This document shows positions 9,566 to 18,834 of a stretch of 64,000 nt of DNA, one piece after another. Every line of letters begins with the position of its first letter. Position 1 is the stretch's first letter. The DNA lies in the NCBI GenBank assembly GCA_049970055.1, contig JBMFNR010000001.1, forward strand, positions 512,001 through 576,000, given 5' to 3'. Below the pieces are notes generated by a model. The model had not been told where the DNA came from. It saw only the letters and a list, made by a program, of their open reading frames with translations, and searched no databases. A program made the position numbers and the translations under genes. Source of the DNA: Fervidobacterium sp. (GTDB lineage: Bacteria; Thermotogota; Thermotogae; Thermotogales; Fervidobacteriaceae).

Positions 9566-9595
9566 AAGTATTTTCAGGTACTTTCAAGTACTTTC
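9566..9595. repeat. Three imperfect 10-bp tandem repeats
   Basis: AAGTATTTTC AGGTACTTTC AAGTACTTTC between lysC and the aminotransferase gene. Confidence 0.7.
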
Positions 9596-9611
9596 AAAGT
9601 GGGGTGGAGTT

Positions 9612-10763
9612 ATGAACTATATCGCAGATACTTACTATAGGTATCCAATAGAAGTTTCCCATGCCAAAGGGATGTACATATGGGATATTGACGGTAAGGA
9701 GTATATTGATACATTCATGGGAATAGGTGTACTTCTGTTTGGGCATAACCACGAGAAGGTAATTGAAGCAATGAAAAGAAAAATGGATAGGTATGTACAT
9801 TTATCGAATTTCTTTTTTGATGAGGATGCCGAAGCCATTGCTGAGCGATTGGTAAAAGAAAGTAGTAAAGGAAGTTGTAAGGATGGAAAAGTCTTCTTTA
9901 CAAACTCAGGAACGGAGAGTACTGAATGTGCATTGAAGGTAATCAGAAAATTTAAAAAGTCAGGCAAGATAGTATCATTCCTTAGGAATTTTCATGGACG
10001 TACATTGAAAGCATTAAGCATTACAGGGTTTGATAGTATCAGAGAGCAATTTATTTCGGAACCCGATGTTGTCTTTCTTCCATATAATATAGACACGGTA
10101 AGAGAGTTTTTCGAAAGCGAAAAAGACATTGCCGCCGTTTTTGTTGAAGTTGTTCACGGTAGCGGTGGACTTGACGTAATCGATACTGAGATTGTAAAGT
10201 TGATCAAAGAATACAAGGCTCAAAGAAATTTTATCCTTGTTGCCGACGAAGTTCAGAGTGGTTTGGGAAGAACTGGGAAGTTTTATGCGTACCAACATTT
10301 CGACATGGAGCCGGATATTATTACTTTGGCGAAAGGACTTGGTGGCGGATTACCTCTTGGTGCGTGTGTACTGCTTGGTGAGTATAAAGATGCTTTTACA
10401 AAAGGAGAGCACGGTTCTACTTTTGCACCGAATCCGGTAGCACTTGCTGGAGGAAGGGCGGTTCTAGAATTGATAAATGATAATACTTTATCACACGTTG
10501 AGAAAATGGGGGCAATTTTTGAAGAGGATTTCAACTTGAACTTTGTTGAATCAATCAAAGGTATGGGTTTAATGAGAGGTTTAGTTATCAAGCCAGAAGT
10601 AAAGGATATTATAAAAATAACACCGGAGTTATTTTTACAACATGGTTTGCTTGTAAATGTACTTGGTAACGGAGTCATTCGTCTATTGTTACCTTTGAAT
10701 ATTACGGAGCACGAATCAAACATCGTTGCAGAGAGATTCAAAAAAGTCCTAGAAAAATTTTAG
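9612..10763 (+). CDS. Class III aminotransferase, ArgD family (probable N-acetyl-DAP/acetylornithine aminotransferase)
   Basis: NSGTES.E, FHGRT, DEVQSGLGRTG, AKGLGGG, HGSTF; last gene of the dap operon. Confidence 0.85.
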   Translation: MNYIADTYYRYPIEVSHAKGMYIWDIDGKEYIDTFMGIGVLLFGHNHEKVIEAMKRKMDRYVHLSNFFFDEDAEAIAERLVKESSKGSCKDGKVFFTNSGTESTECALKVIRKFKKSGKIVSFLRNFHGRTLKALSITGFDSIREQFISEPDVVFLPYNIDTVREFFESEKDIAAVFVEVVHGSGGLDVIDTEIVKLIKEYKAQRNFILVADEVQSGLGRTGKFYAYQHFDMEPDIITLAKGLGGGLPLGACVLLGEYKDAFTKGEHGSTFAPNPVALAGGRAVLELINDNTLSHVEKMGAIFEEDFNLNFVESIKGMGLMRGLVIKPEVKDIIKITPELFLQHGLLVNVLGNGVIRLLLPLNITEHESNIVAERFKKVLEKF

Positions 10764-11489
10764 AAGAATAATAGTCATGAGCATTCCGATGTTTGTAAAA
10801 AGAAATATACTATCATTTTTTGCCCATTTCAAAGAATAATAATGCGTCCTTTTCTTAAGTCCGTATTTCCTTGCTTGAAGTGCGAGTGAAAGTTCTTCTG
10901 CTTTTCTTAAAGAAGAAACTAACAACGGGATTACAATACTCGTAAGGGCTGATAGCTTATTTTTCAGCCCTTTTTCTGAATATTTTGCACCTCTTGCAAG
11001 TTGAGCCTTTATTATTCTATCTGCCTCATCGAGGAGTACTGGAATAAACCTGATCGAAATAGCAAGCATCATGCCAAAGTCTTCACGTGCTTCTTCTTTA
11101 ATTCGAAAATATTTGAGCATATCTACAATTCCTCGTGCAGTTAGCAACGGAGGGGTTGTGTAAGTTAACATCGATGCAAATAGAAATACCAACGAAAGTC
11201 TCAGGATAATGTAAATAGCCGATATTATACCACTTTCAAAATACTGAACTATACCTGCGAAAAGTAGTAAAAACCACATACTCTTTAAGCTTCTTAAATA
11301 AACGATAGGTTTTATCTTTGAAATGAACACAAATACCATGAAAAGAACGATGGGGATTAAGTATTCTAATGTGTTTTTTATTAATAGCACTGCCGTGATT
11401 TGGATCAGTATACTTATCAATTTCGATCTAGGGTCTAACTTATGTATTGGTGAGTCTTTAGGTATATATTTACCAATTGTTATTTTCAA
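10749..11489 (-). CDS. ecfT: ECF transporter transmembrane T component
   Basis: S.IHKLDPRSK, RFIP.L.DE..RI.KAQ.ARG, AEELS.AL.AR.Y. Confidence 0.9.
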   Translation of the reverse strand: MKITIGKYIPKDSPIHKLDPRSKLISILIQITAVLLIKNTLEYLIPIVLFMVFVFISKIKPIVYLRSLKSMWFLLLFAGIVQYFESGIISAIYIILRLSLVFLFASMLTYTTPPLLTARGIVDMLKYFRIKEEAREDFGMMLAISIRFIPVLLDEADRIIKAQLARGAKYSEKGLKNKLSALTSIVIPLLVSSLRKAEELSLALQARKYGLKKRTHYYSLKWAKNDSIFLFTNIGMLMTIILLKFF

Positions 11490-11512
11490 TTCTACACCCC
11501 CGAAAAATGATA

Positions 11513-12079
11513 CTACTTTCTACTTTGAGCTAGTGTTTGATTAAAGTTCATGTACTGTCTTATAATCTCCGAGTAATTTTTGAAAAATTTTACGGTGTAT
11601 TCGTTGTACTTATCTCTGCGCCCATTGTATGCAGATATTGCCTTGGTTATATCCCATCCATGGATATTCTTCAGGCTTAAGAAAATGTATCTGTATGCTA
11701 TCCTTAGTTGCCAATCAGGATACCTTATCAAATCGGCATGTGAACGGTGTTTTGCTTTGAATTCCCTTACGTCCTGATAAAAGTTTGCAACGTAAAAAAC
11801 CGCGTTTTCGTGGATTTGAAAGTAACCGACTGCCTTTCCATTATCTCCAAACGTGTTGACAAAGCCTGTTTCTGTTAATCCAAAGGCTAGTATAAAAAGT
11901 GGATCAATAATGGATGGTACAATTTTTGTTTCCTCATCGAGTACTTTTGCCATTATTACCGCGTGTTGTTCAGGCACTTTATTTTGCTTTAAAAAGTAGT
12001 AGGTAAAGTCATACAAAGCACTACAAAAAAGAAATTGCGAAATAAAAATCGCAAGCATTAGAAACAGTAACTTTTTCAT
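11513..12079 (-). CDS. Secreted lytic transglycosylase-like (SLT) protein
   Basis: Signal peptide; ETGF, A.G.FQI and AISAYNG correspond to the SLT motifs. Confidence 0.7.
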   Translation of the reverse strand: MKKLLFLMLAIFISQFLFCSALYDFTYYFLKQNKVPEQHAVIMAKVLDEETKIVPSIIDPLFILAFGLTETGFVNTFGDNGKAVGYFQIHENAVFYVANFYQDVREFKAKHRSHADLIRYPDWQLRIAYRYIFLSLKNIHGWDITKAISAYNGRRDKYNEYTVKFFKNYSEIIRQYMNFNQTLAQSRK

Positions 12080-12100
12080 TTAATCCCTCCTTACAGGTGT

Positions 12101-12859
12101 TTAAAAAATTATCTCTATTTCTCCACCTTCTGTGCACCTTAACTTTTCGCGTGCAATTCCCTTGTTTACCGCTATTTCCGCGTATCCTGTGCTATCTTCA
12201 TGAATCAATACTTCTCCTTGAGGAACATCTGCGTACGTTTCGACAATGGGTACTTGATAAGTCTTGTTCCCTATTTTCAATTTTACCGTGTCTTTCTCAG
12301 ATAGCCATGAAAATGGGATATTCGTCTCAATGTTGCCAAATCTATCAAAGTATGCGATCTCGCCAATTATGCCGTTCCCAAGCCTGTGTGCTTTTCGGTA
12401 TGGAATAGTTCCATAATTTGGCAATCTAGTTCCGAGCTCATCAAAAATTCCCTTCGTAATGTACGCTGCCGCAGGTGAGAAGATATCCCTACCGTGAAAT
12501 GTTTTCGAACTTCCCAGGTGATACTTCTTATTTACAAGATCAACAATTTTCTTGGGATGGTGTTTTTCAAGTACTAAAGTTAATACACCGTTGTCAGGTG
12601 CCACAAAATAGTATTTATCAGTTTCAACGGCTATCGCTTTTCGTGCTGTTCCAACGCCATAATCTACGACTATTAAGAAGACACTTTTTTCTGGAAACCA
12701 ATCAACACTTCTATCCAATATGTGCATTGCTTCACGAACATTGTAAGGGGTTATTGAATGTGTTAAATCAACAATTTCATCATCAGTGATCTGCTTCATA
12801 ACGCCCTTGCATATTCCTACGTAGTGAGAACATCCCCAATCTGTCATAAAAACGATCAT
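12101..12859 (-). CDS. SAM hydrolase / SAM-dependent halogenase family protein (DUF62)
   Basis: MTDWG, DLTH, VVD.GVGT.R, APDNGVL, S.TFHGRDIF.P, D.FGN..TN; ATG 12859 after GGGAGG. Confidence 0.9.
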   Translation of the reverse strand: MIVFMTDWGCSHYVGICKGVMKQITDDEIVDLTHSITPYNVREAMHILDRSVDWFPEKSVFLIVVDYGVGTARKAIAVETDKYYFVAPDNGVLTLVLEKHHPKKIVDLVNKKYHLGSSKTFHGRDIFSPAAAYITKGIFDELGTRLPNYGTIPYRKAHRLGNGIIGEIAYFDRFGNIETNIPFSWLSEKDTVKLKIGNKTYQVPIVETYADVPQGEVLIHEDSTGYAEIAVNKGIAREKLRCTEGGEIEIIF

Positions 12860-13965
12860 AATTGTACCTCCCCACTTAATCTTAATAGCCATTTTACCAT
12901 AAAGTCGACCAAAAATGGAATTACTTCGTCATCTGGAAGGAATTTTGGATTATGTAAGCCATACTGAATGTTTTTCGTCCTAATTCCCGCCCAGAACATA
13001 AGGGATGGATATTTCATCGTGAAAAATCCAAAGTCTTCACCCGTATATTTCATACCACAATCTATATATTTCAAGCCTTCCTTGGATACAAAATCTTCGA
13101 ACTTTGAAACAAGATCTGCCGAATTTATAACGGGGGGATATAAACTTCCTTTTTCCAAAATACCGCTGTGTTTTTCCGCTAATTCCCTTATTTTTTCGAA
13201 GGTCTTTAAAACTACATCAAGTGTCTCCCCACGTATCGAACCTTGTACCTCGGAGTAATCAGCTACCGCATTCCTCACACTTCCCGCAAACATTTTTCCA
13301 AAGCCGGCAAGAGCACGGATTCCTTCATTTGAATCAACGGGATTTTGATAAAACTCATTTAAAAACATAACCGCATATTTTAAGGCATCTACTCCACGAT
13401 GTTTTTGGGCAATATGGGCAGATAATCCTCTGAACTTAGCAGTGATTTCCATGGCACATGCAAAGAGTGTACCATTTGTTGAGGCAAATTCACCTAGCCG
13501 ATATTCATCAGTTACATGAAGCGCGGTTGCATACTTTACTTTATATTTTTCCCTCATTTCATCGATAACGTATTTTGCACCACCTATAGTCTCTTCGGCT
13601 GGTTGAAAAACAAAAACGTAGTTACCTGGAAGTTTTTTTTCGATAATTTCTTTTATCACTCCATACATGACTGACATATGTACGTCGTGTCCGCATGCGT
13701 GCATATAATCATTTGTTGAGGCAAATTCCCAACCTGTCTCCTCCTTAATTGGGAGTGCATCTATGTCAGCACGGTACAAAACTGAAGGTCTGAGATTGTT
13801 TTTTTGTATGGTCACCACAAGTCCTGTTTTGGCTATAGGTTCGGGCTCTAATCCCAGTGCTTCGAGAGCATTTTTCAAGATACTCTGAGTTTTGTATTCA
13901 CTAAAAGCAAGCTCAGGATTTTTATGCAGTTCATGCCTTAATTCAATGGGGGAAAGTACCATCAT
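12856..13965 (-). CDS. M20 amidohydrolase, probable N-acetyl-diaminopimelate deacetylase
   Basis: RADIDALP..E, MHACGHD.H, FQPAEE, GEDFG, LHNP.F; lies next to a dapH-type operon. Confidence 0.8.
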   Translation of the reverse strand: MMVLSPIELRHELHKNPELAFSEYKTQSILKNALEALGLEPEPIAKTGLVVTIQKNNLRPSVLYRADIDALPIKEETGWEFASTNDYMHACGHDVHMSVMYGVIKEIIEKKLPGNYVFVFQPAEETIGGAKYVIDEMREKYKVKYATALHVTDEYRLGEFASTNGTLFACAMEITAKFRGLSAHIAQKHRGVDALKYAVMFLNEFYQNPVDSNEGIRALAGFGKMFAGSVRNAVADYSEVQGSIRGETLDVVLKTFEKIRELAEKHSGILEKGSLYPPVINSADLVSKFEDFVSKEGLKYIDCGMKYTGEDFGFFTMKYPSLMFWAGIRTKNIQYGLHNPKFLPDDEVIPFLVDFMVKWLLRLSGEVQL

Positions 13966-14019
13966 TGCTCTCCTTTCTTTGTAAGAAAGATTGTTCTTAA
14001 TGATATTATACCAAAAATC

Positions 14020-14047
14020 AAAAAAAGTTCACCAACACTGGGTGAAC
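14020..14047 (-). terminator. Intrinsic terminator
   Basis: GTTCACC-N7-GGTGAAC followed by T7 on the minus strand. Confidence 0.65.
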
Positions 14048-14090
14048 CAACCATCAATGTGAGGTTATGCGGATTTTTGATACCTTGATG

Positions 14091-14975
14091 TTATACTTTT
14101 ATATCTATTTGTCTAACGGTTCCAACGCCACCATTTTCGGTCAGGTAAATCCCGGTATTTTTCACTATGTAATCGTTATAATCAAAGGGTGTGGTTACAC
14201 TTCCGAGGAATATAGCACCTACATTCATATCAAGCAAGCCGACTAATTTCTCTTCTCCTTTTTCGTTAACAGTCCAGATCTTCAATTTAGCGAATTCTAA
14301 ATCATCCTCATCTATCCAGTGGTCTAAATCAGAATCAAGATTTGATAATTCTTGAAATCCATCACCAGTCGTAGGCCCAAAAAGTTCGCTTGCATCGTCT
14401 ACTCTTCCGTTATTATTCTTGTCGTATACGAGAAAACCAAGTCCTCCCCCTATGTAAAACTTTTCCTTTTCATTGTCGAAATTTAAATCCATTTCGACTG
14501 TTTTTGATCCGCCGTTATTCGATAAATTTAATACTAGCGGATCAACTACCTTTCCAGCAATTTTTTGGTACGAATACGATAAGGAGAGTTCCTTCAAACC
14601 TAGTGAAAAGTCCACCACTCTCCCATCTTTTGTTTTGACATAACCATTTGCTGAAAAGTTGAAATACCGAATGTCTAAATTTGTCTGTTCACTTTTAAAT
14701 TCAACGATATCTTGCCCACTTTGTTTGTTTATCACAACTTCGTACGTAGAAGATGGTAGATATATCTTGATTCTTCTTCCCGTTAGCTTTTCAAGCATGG
14801 TCTTTATAATCTTTATTTTTTGTAAAGTCTTTTCATCTATTTGTGGTCTTTTTTCTGTTATCACAATTTCTATTTTTTCTGGGGTTCGGTATTTCTTATA
14901 TGAATTTGAGATTTTTGAATACTGAAGCGATAGGTTTTTTGATTCAAGGTTCACACCATGCTCGTCGATTCTCAC
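14091..14975 (-). CDS. Conserved hypothetical protein with DPLVLNL motif and Dx[DN]xDG-like acidic loops
   Basis: 294-aa ORF, GTG after GAGGGG; DPLVLNL, DKNNNGRVDDASELFG, DSDLDHWIDEDD. Confidence 0.65.
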   Translation of the reverse strand: MRIDEHGVNLESKNLSLQYSKISNSYKKYRTPEKIEIVITEKRPQIDEKTLQKIKIIKTMLEKLTGRRIKIYLPSSTYEVVINKQSGQDIVEFKSEQTNLDIRYFNFSANGYVKTKDGRVVDFSLGLKELSLSYSYQKIAGKVVDPLVLNLSNNGGSKTVEMDLNFDNEKEKFYIGGGLGFLVYDKNNNGRVDDASELFGPTTGDGFQELSNLDSDLDHWIDEDDLEFAKLKIWTVNEKGEEKLVGLLDMNVGAIFLGSVTTPFDYNDYIVKNTGIYLTENGGVGTVRQIDIKV

Positions 14976-15138
14976 TATATCACACCCCTCTTTTGGTTTT
15001 TCACATTATTTATCGACCAGAAAATCATGTTTATAAAGTACTTAAATTAAATTTCTGATTGGAAGTGCTATGTGGTATAATTAAGACGAAATTGCCGAGA
15101 TTTGGGAATTGCAAATGAATTTAGAAGGGTGAGTTTTT

Positions 15139-16296
15139 ATGAAAAGATTCTTTGTACTTTTGTTATTTTTCTTGCTGCTCTTATCTACACTGGTCTTTTC
15201 GTACAAGGTAACATTTATCGTGGAAGCTCCAGGTTATACACAAGATGATGTACTGTACCTTGCCGGTGATTTCAACGGTTGGAATCCGAAGGATAGCAGA
15301 TTCACTTTGCACCGCGATGGGGAAACTTTCAAGGGTACCTTTGATATGTCTGGTAAAATAGAATTCAAAGTGACTCGCGGCTCTTGGGAAACTGTAGAAA
15401 AAGGAGAAAAAGGAGAGGAAATACCAAACAAAGTACTTGTCATCGACAAAGATATTCAGGTAAGAATCAAAGTTTACCATTGGAGGGATTTTGTGGAAAA
15501 GCAAGCTGCTGGTTTAAAGCCCACTTACACGGGTAATATTAAGCTTATCAAAGATTTCTACTCACCTGAACTTGGAAATACAAGAAATATAATTGTATAC
15601 TTACCTCCGGATTATGAAACGAATCAGGGAAGGTACCCAGTTTTATATATGCACGATGGTCAGAATATTTTCGATGAGACAACATCGTTTAGTGGCATGG
15701 AATGGAGGGCAGATGAAAGTGCCGAAGAATTAATAAACAAAGGAATAATTAAACCAATAATAATAGTTGGTATCTACAACACGGAAAACGAAAGAATAAA
15801 TGAGTATTCACCATGGGTTGACAAACTTTATGGTGGCGGGAAGGGCGATCTATACGCTGAATTCATAGTAAAAACTCTCAAACCTTTTATTGATAAAAAT
15901 TTCAGAACTCTACCAGATAGGCAGAACACTGCAATTCTTGGTTCTTCAATGGGTGGCTTGATATCACTCTACATCGGTCTAAAGTACATTGATGTGTTTT
16001 CAAAGATTGGTGTTATGAGTCCGTCTTTTTGGTTTGCTGATGAAAATATTTTTGATTTTGTAAAGCAAACCTCCGTAGAAAATAGTATTTGCATATACTT
16101 GGATGTTGGAACTATGGAAGGGTCGAATCCCGAAGAATATATTAAAGCCACGAGAAATATGTACAAACTACTTCAAGCAAAGGAAAACACAGAAGTTCTT
16201 TATATGGAGGACAGGGGAGCTATTCACTCCGAAAGTGCTTGGGCTAAGAGATTTCCAGAAGTACTTGTTTATTTCTTTTCGAAGGAAGGTAATTAG
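15139..16296 (+). CDS. Secreted alpha/beta-hydrolase (esterase family) with N-terminal CBM20-like domain
   Basis: Signal peptide; LYLAGDFNGWNP...EFKVTRGSWETVE; YPVLYMHDGQN, GSSMGG nucleophile elbow, H.E.AW..R. Confidence 0.85.
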   Translation: MKRFFVLLLFFLLLLSTLVFSYKVTFIVEAPGYTQDDVLYLAGDFNGWNPKDSRFTLHRDGETFKGTFDMSGKIEFKVTRGSWETVEKGEKGEEIPNKVLVIDKDIQVRIKVYHWRDFVEKQAAGLKPTYTGNIKLIKDFYSPELGNTRNIIVYLPPDYETNQGRYPVLYMHDGQNIFDETTSFSGMEWRADESAEELINKGIIKPIIIVGIYNTENERINEYSPWVDKLYGGGKGDLYAEFIVKTLKPFIDKNFRTLPDRQNTAILGSSMGGLISLYIGLKYIDVFSKIGVMSPSFWFADENIFDFVKQTSVENSICIYLDVGTMEGSNPEEYIKATRNMYKLLQAKENTEVLYMEDRGAIHSESAWAKRFPEVLVYFFSKEGN

Positions 16297-16341
16297 TGGT
16301 TGTAAGTATTGTTATTGATATAAAGACGGATTAAGACGGAG

Positions 16342-17346
16342 GTGGTCGCTGTGAGAAAGTGGATGTATATGTTTTTTGCGGTATTCTTCGCATTTGCAAC
16401 AATGCAAATTAACCTGTTTGCTTGGAGTGGGCATGAAGTTTACACATACTTTTTGGTCAAATCACTGAATATCAAGACAGATGAGTTGGTAACCATTGTC
16501 CCGTATTCTTACAAGGAAAATCGCGTCTACAATATCAAGTACTACTATACTGGTGATTTTGCAGGGCAAAGGAAGTTTTTTGACCCACTTAATAACAGTG
16601 ATTTTCCACCGGACAATCCACCTGCGGATAACAAATTGCCGGTATGGCAAATTTTGAGCATATATGCCCAATTTCCAGATTTTGGTATGGACGAGGGGCT
16701 CAATCTTTCGCCATTGCAAGCTTTAATAGGAAATAGTCAAGGCGTAAGGCACATGCGATACAAACTCGGTATAATAGAAGCTTTTGAGGGAGATGAATCA
16801 TTCTTGTATTTCGTAAACATGTCAAGACAAGCATTTGAAAAAGGAGACAAATACTGGGGATATCGGTTTTTGTCTTACGCAATACACTATATCGAAGATC
16901 TTTTCCAACCTTACCATGAAAGCCCTGGTACTTTCTGGGAAGTTTTGACAGGAATGTTCGACAAAAAGGTTATGAAGATGTTGAACAATGCACATTATAC
17001 TTACGATAATTACCTTATTTACCTTTTACTCTACTCCGTGCATAAAGATGAAATAATGCAAGTTATACAAGATACCGCTGCGAGAAAGGTATCAAATAAT
17101 TATGAAAAATTAATAAGCGAAGTTACAATGTATGGTTATTCAAAATTTAAAGAAGTACACACTGAACTGAAAAGAGCTTTCGGTGACTTACTTTACGAAA
17201 GAGTACCAGAGATTGAGGATTTCAAAAAACTTGAAAATAGTGGCGAACTAGATAAACTTTATTCGGTTACAAAAGATATAGTCATTGTCATGACAAGTAC
17301 AATAAAAGGATTCCTGGAAGATTACATTAAAAGCTATCAAAAATAA
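16342..17346 (+). CDS. Secreted Zn-dependent phospholipase C / S1-P1 nuclease-like protein
   Basis: Signal peptide ending LFA|WSGH, PD motif, HYIEDLFQPYH, H..YD. Confidence 0.65.
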   Translation: MVAVRKWMYMFFAVFFAFATMQINLFAWSGHEVYTYFLVKSLNIKTDELVTIVPYSYKENRVYNIKYYYTGDFAGQRKFFDPLNNSDFPPDNPPADNKLPVWQILSIYAQFPDFGMDEGLNLSPLQALIGNSQGVRHMRYKLGIIEAFEGDESFLYFVNMSRQAFEKGDKYWGYRFLSYAIHYIEDLFQPYHESPGTFWEVLTGMFDKKVMKMLNNAHYTYDNYLIYLLLYSVHKDEIMQVIQDTAARKVSNNYEKLISEVTMYGYSKFKEVHTELKRAFGDLLYERVPEIEDFKKLENSGELDKLYSVTKDIVIVMTSTIKGFLEDYIKSYQK

Positions 17347-17407
17347 GCATTCAGAAATTTTTTCAAGAAAACCCAAGAAAAATTGTAATAAGTTAATAAT
17401 TTCGAAT

Positions 17408-17441
17408 AATCGTGTGGTTTTTGAAACTACACGATTTTTTT
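17408..17441 (+). terminator. Intrinsic terminator
   Basis: AATCGTGTGGTTT-TTG-AAACTACACGATT followed by a T run. Confidence 0.7.
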
Positions 17442-17513
17442 GGTTGCATTTATAATTATTTTGTTAGTCGAATTATACTTTCTATATATTCTCACTATTT
17501 AGGAGGTGCTGTT

Positions 17514-18788
17514 ATGTGGGAGCATGTAAAACAAACTGACCCAGAAATTTATGAAGTTATACTCAAAGAGTGGGAAAGACAGGAATATGGATTAGAACTT
17601 ATTGCTTCAGAAAATTTTGTTTCCCCCGCAGTAATGGAAGCCATGGGGAGTGTATTAACAAATAAATACGCTGAGGGGTATCCGAAAAAGAGATATTACG
17701 GTGGTTGTGAGTGGGTAGATGTCGCAGAAACTCTTGCAAGGGAAAGGGCAAAGAAATTGTTTAATGCAAAATATGCAAATGTTCAACCACACTCAGGTTC
17801 CCAAGCAAATATGGGAGCTTACTTTGCCTTAGCTGAACCAGGTAGTACTCTTATGGGGATGTCTTTAAGTCATGGTGGACATTTAACGCATGGTGCAAGT
17901 GTTAATTTCTCCGGACAAATTTACAAAGTGGTTCAGTACGGAGTCAACCCACAATCTGAAATGATTGACTACGATGAGGTTAGAAAGCTTGCTCTTGAAC
18001 ATAGGCCAAAGATAATTGTCGCTGGTGGTAGTGCTTATTCAAGGATTATCGATTTTAAGAAATTCAGAGAAATAGCGGATGAAGTTGGAGCCTACTTAGT
18101 TGTCGATATGGCTCACTTTGCTGGACTTGTTGCGGCAGGTTTGTACCCAAATCCTTTGGAGTATGCCCATGTGGTGACGAGTACGACTCATAAGACATTA
18201 AGAGGGCCGCGTGGCGGACTGATCCTTACAAACGATGAGGAAATTTATAAAGCTATAAATAAAGCGATTTTCCCAGGTATACAAGGCGGACCTTTGATGC
18301 ACGTAATAGCGGCAAAAGCTGTCTGCTTCAAAGAAGCATTGACAGACGAATTCAAAGAATACCAAAAGCAGATTGTCAAAAATGCCAAAGCCCTCGCTAG
18401 AGCTCTGGAGGAAAGGGGATTAAGAATCGTGTCCGATGGTACAGATACACACTTAATGCTTGTCGACTTGAATCCACTTAATGTTACCGGAAAAGCAGCG
18501 GAAACAGCACTTGGATACTGTCATATTACAGTTAATAAAAATACCATCCCAAACGAAACACGTTCACCATTTGTTGCAAGCGGAATTAGACTTGGTACAC
18601 CAGCATTAACGACAAGAGGAATGAAAGAGGAACAAATGGAGGAAATTGCTGATCTCATCGTTACTGTCCTAAAGAACATTAAAGATGAAGAAGGTAATAT
18701 AGATGATGCTATAGCAAAGGAAGTAACTGATAGAGTTGTTCAGTTGTGTAAAGAATTTCCACTATACACTGGAAAGATCAGTCTTTAA
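17514..18788 (+). CDS. glyA: Serine hydroxymethyltransferase
   Basis: [38 protein letters not shown] 17514 after AGGAGG. Confidence 0.97.
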   Translation: MWEHVKQTDPEIYEVILKEWERQEYGLELIASENFVSPAVMEAMGSVLTNKYAEGYPKKRYYGGCEWVDVAETLARERAKKLFNAKYANVQPHSGSQANMGAYFALAEPGSTLMGMSLSHGGHLTHGASVNFSGQIYKVVQYGVNPQSEMIDYDEVRKLALEHRPKIIVAGGSAYSRIIDFKKFREIADEVGAYLVVDMAHFAGLVAAGLYPNPLEYAHVVTSTTHKTLRGPRGGLILTNDEEIYKAINKAIFPGIQGGPLMHVIAAKAVCFKEALTDEFKEYQKQIVKNAKALARALEERGLRIVSDGTDTHLMLVDLNPLNVTGKAAETALGYCHITVNKNTIPNETRSPFVASGIRLGTPALTTRGMKEEQMEEIADLIVTVLKNIKDEEGNIDDAIAKEVTDRVVQLCKEFPLYTGKISL

Positions 18789-18834
18789 AGTTGGAAGTTA
18801 ATTTGTAAATTAAGTTTTAAGGGAGGTTTGAGGA

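Noticed and set aside
17347..17513. ZMP/ZTP or glycine riboswitch before glyA
   Set aside because: The region is AT-rich and holds only the upstream gene's terminator; no aptamer motifs are visible.
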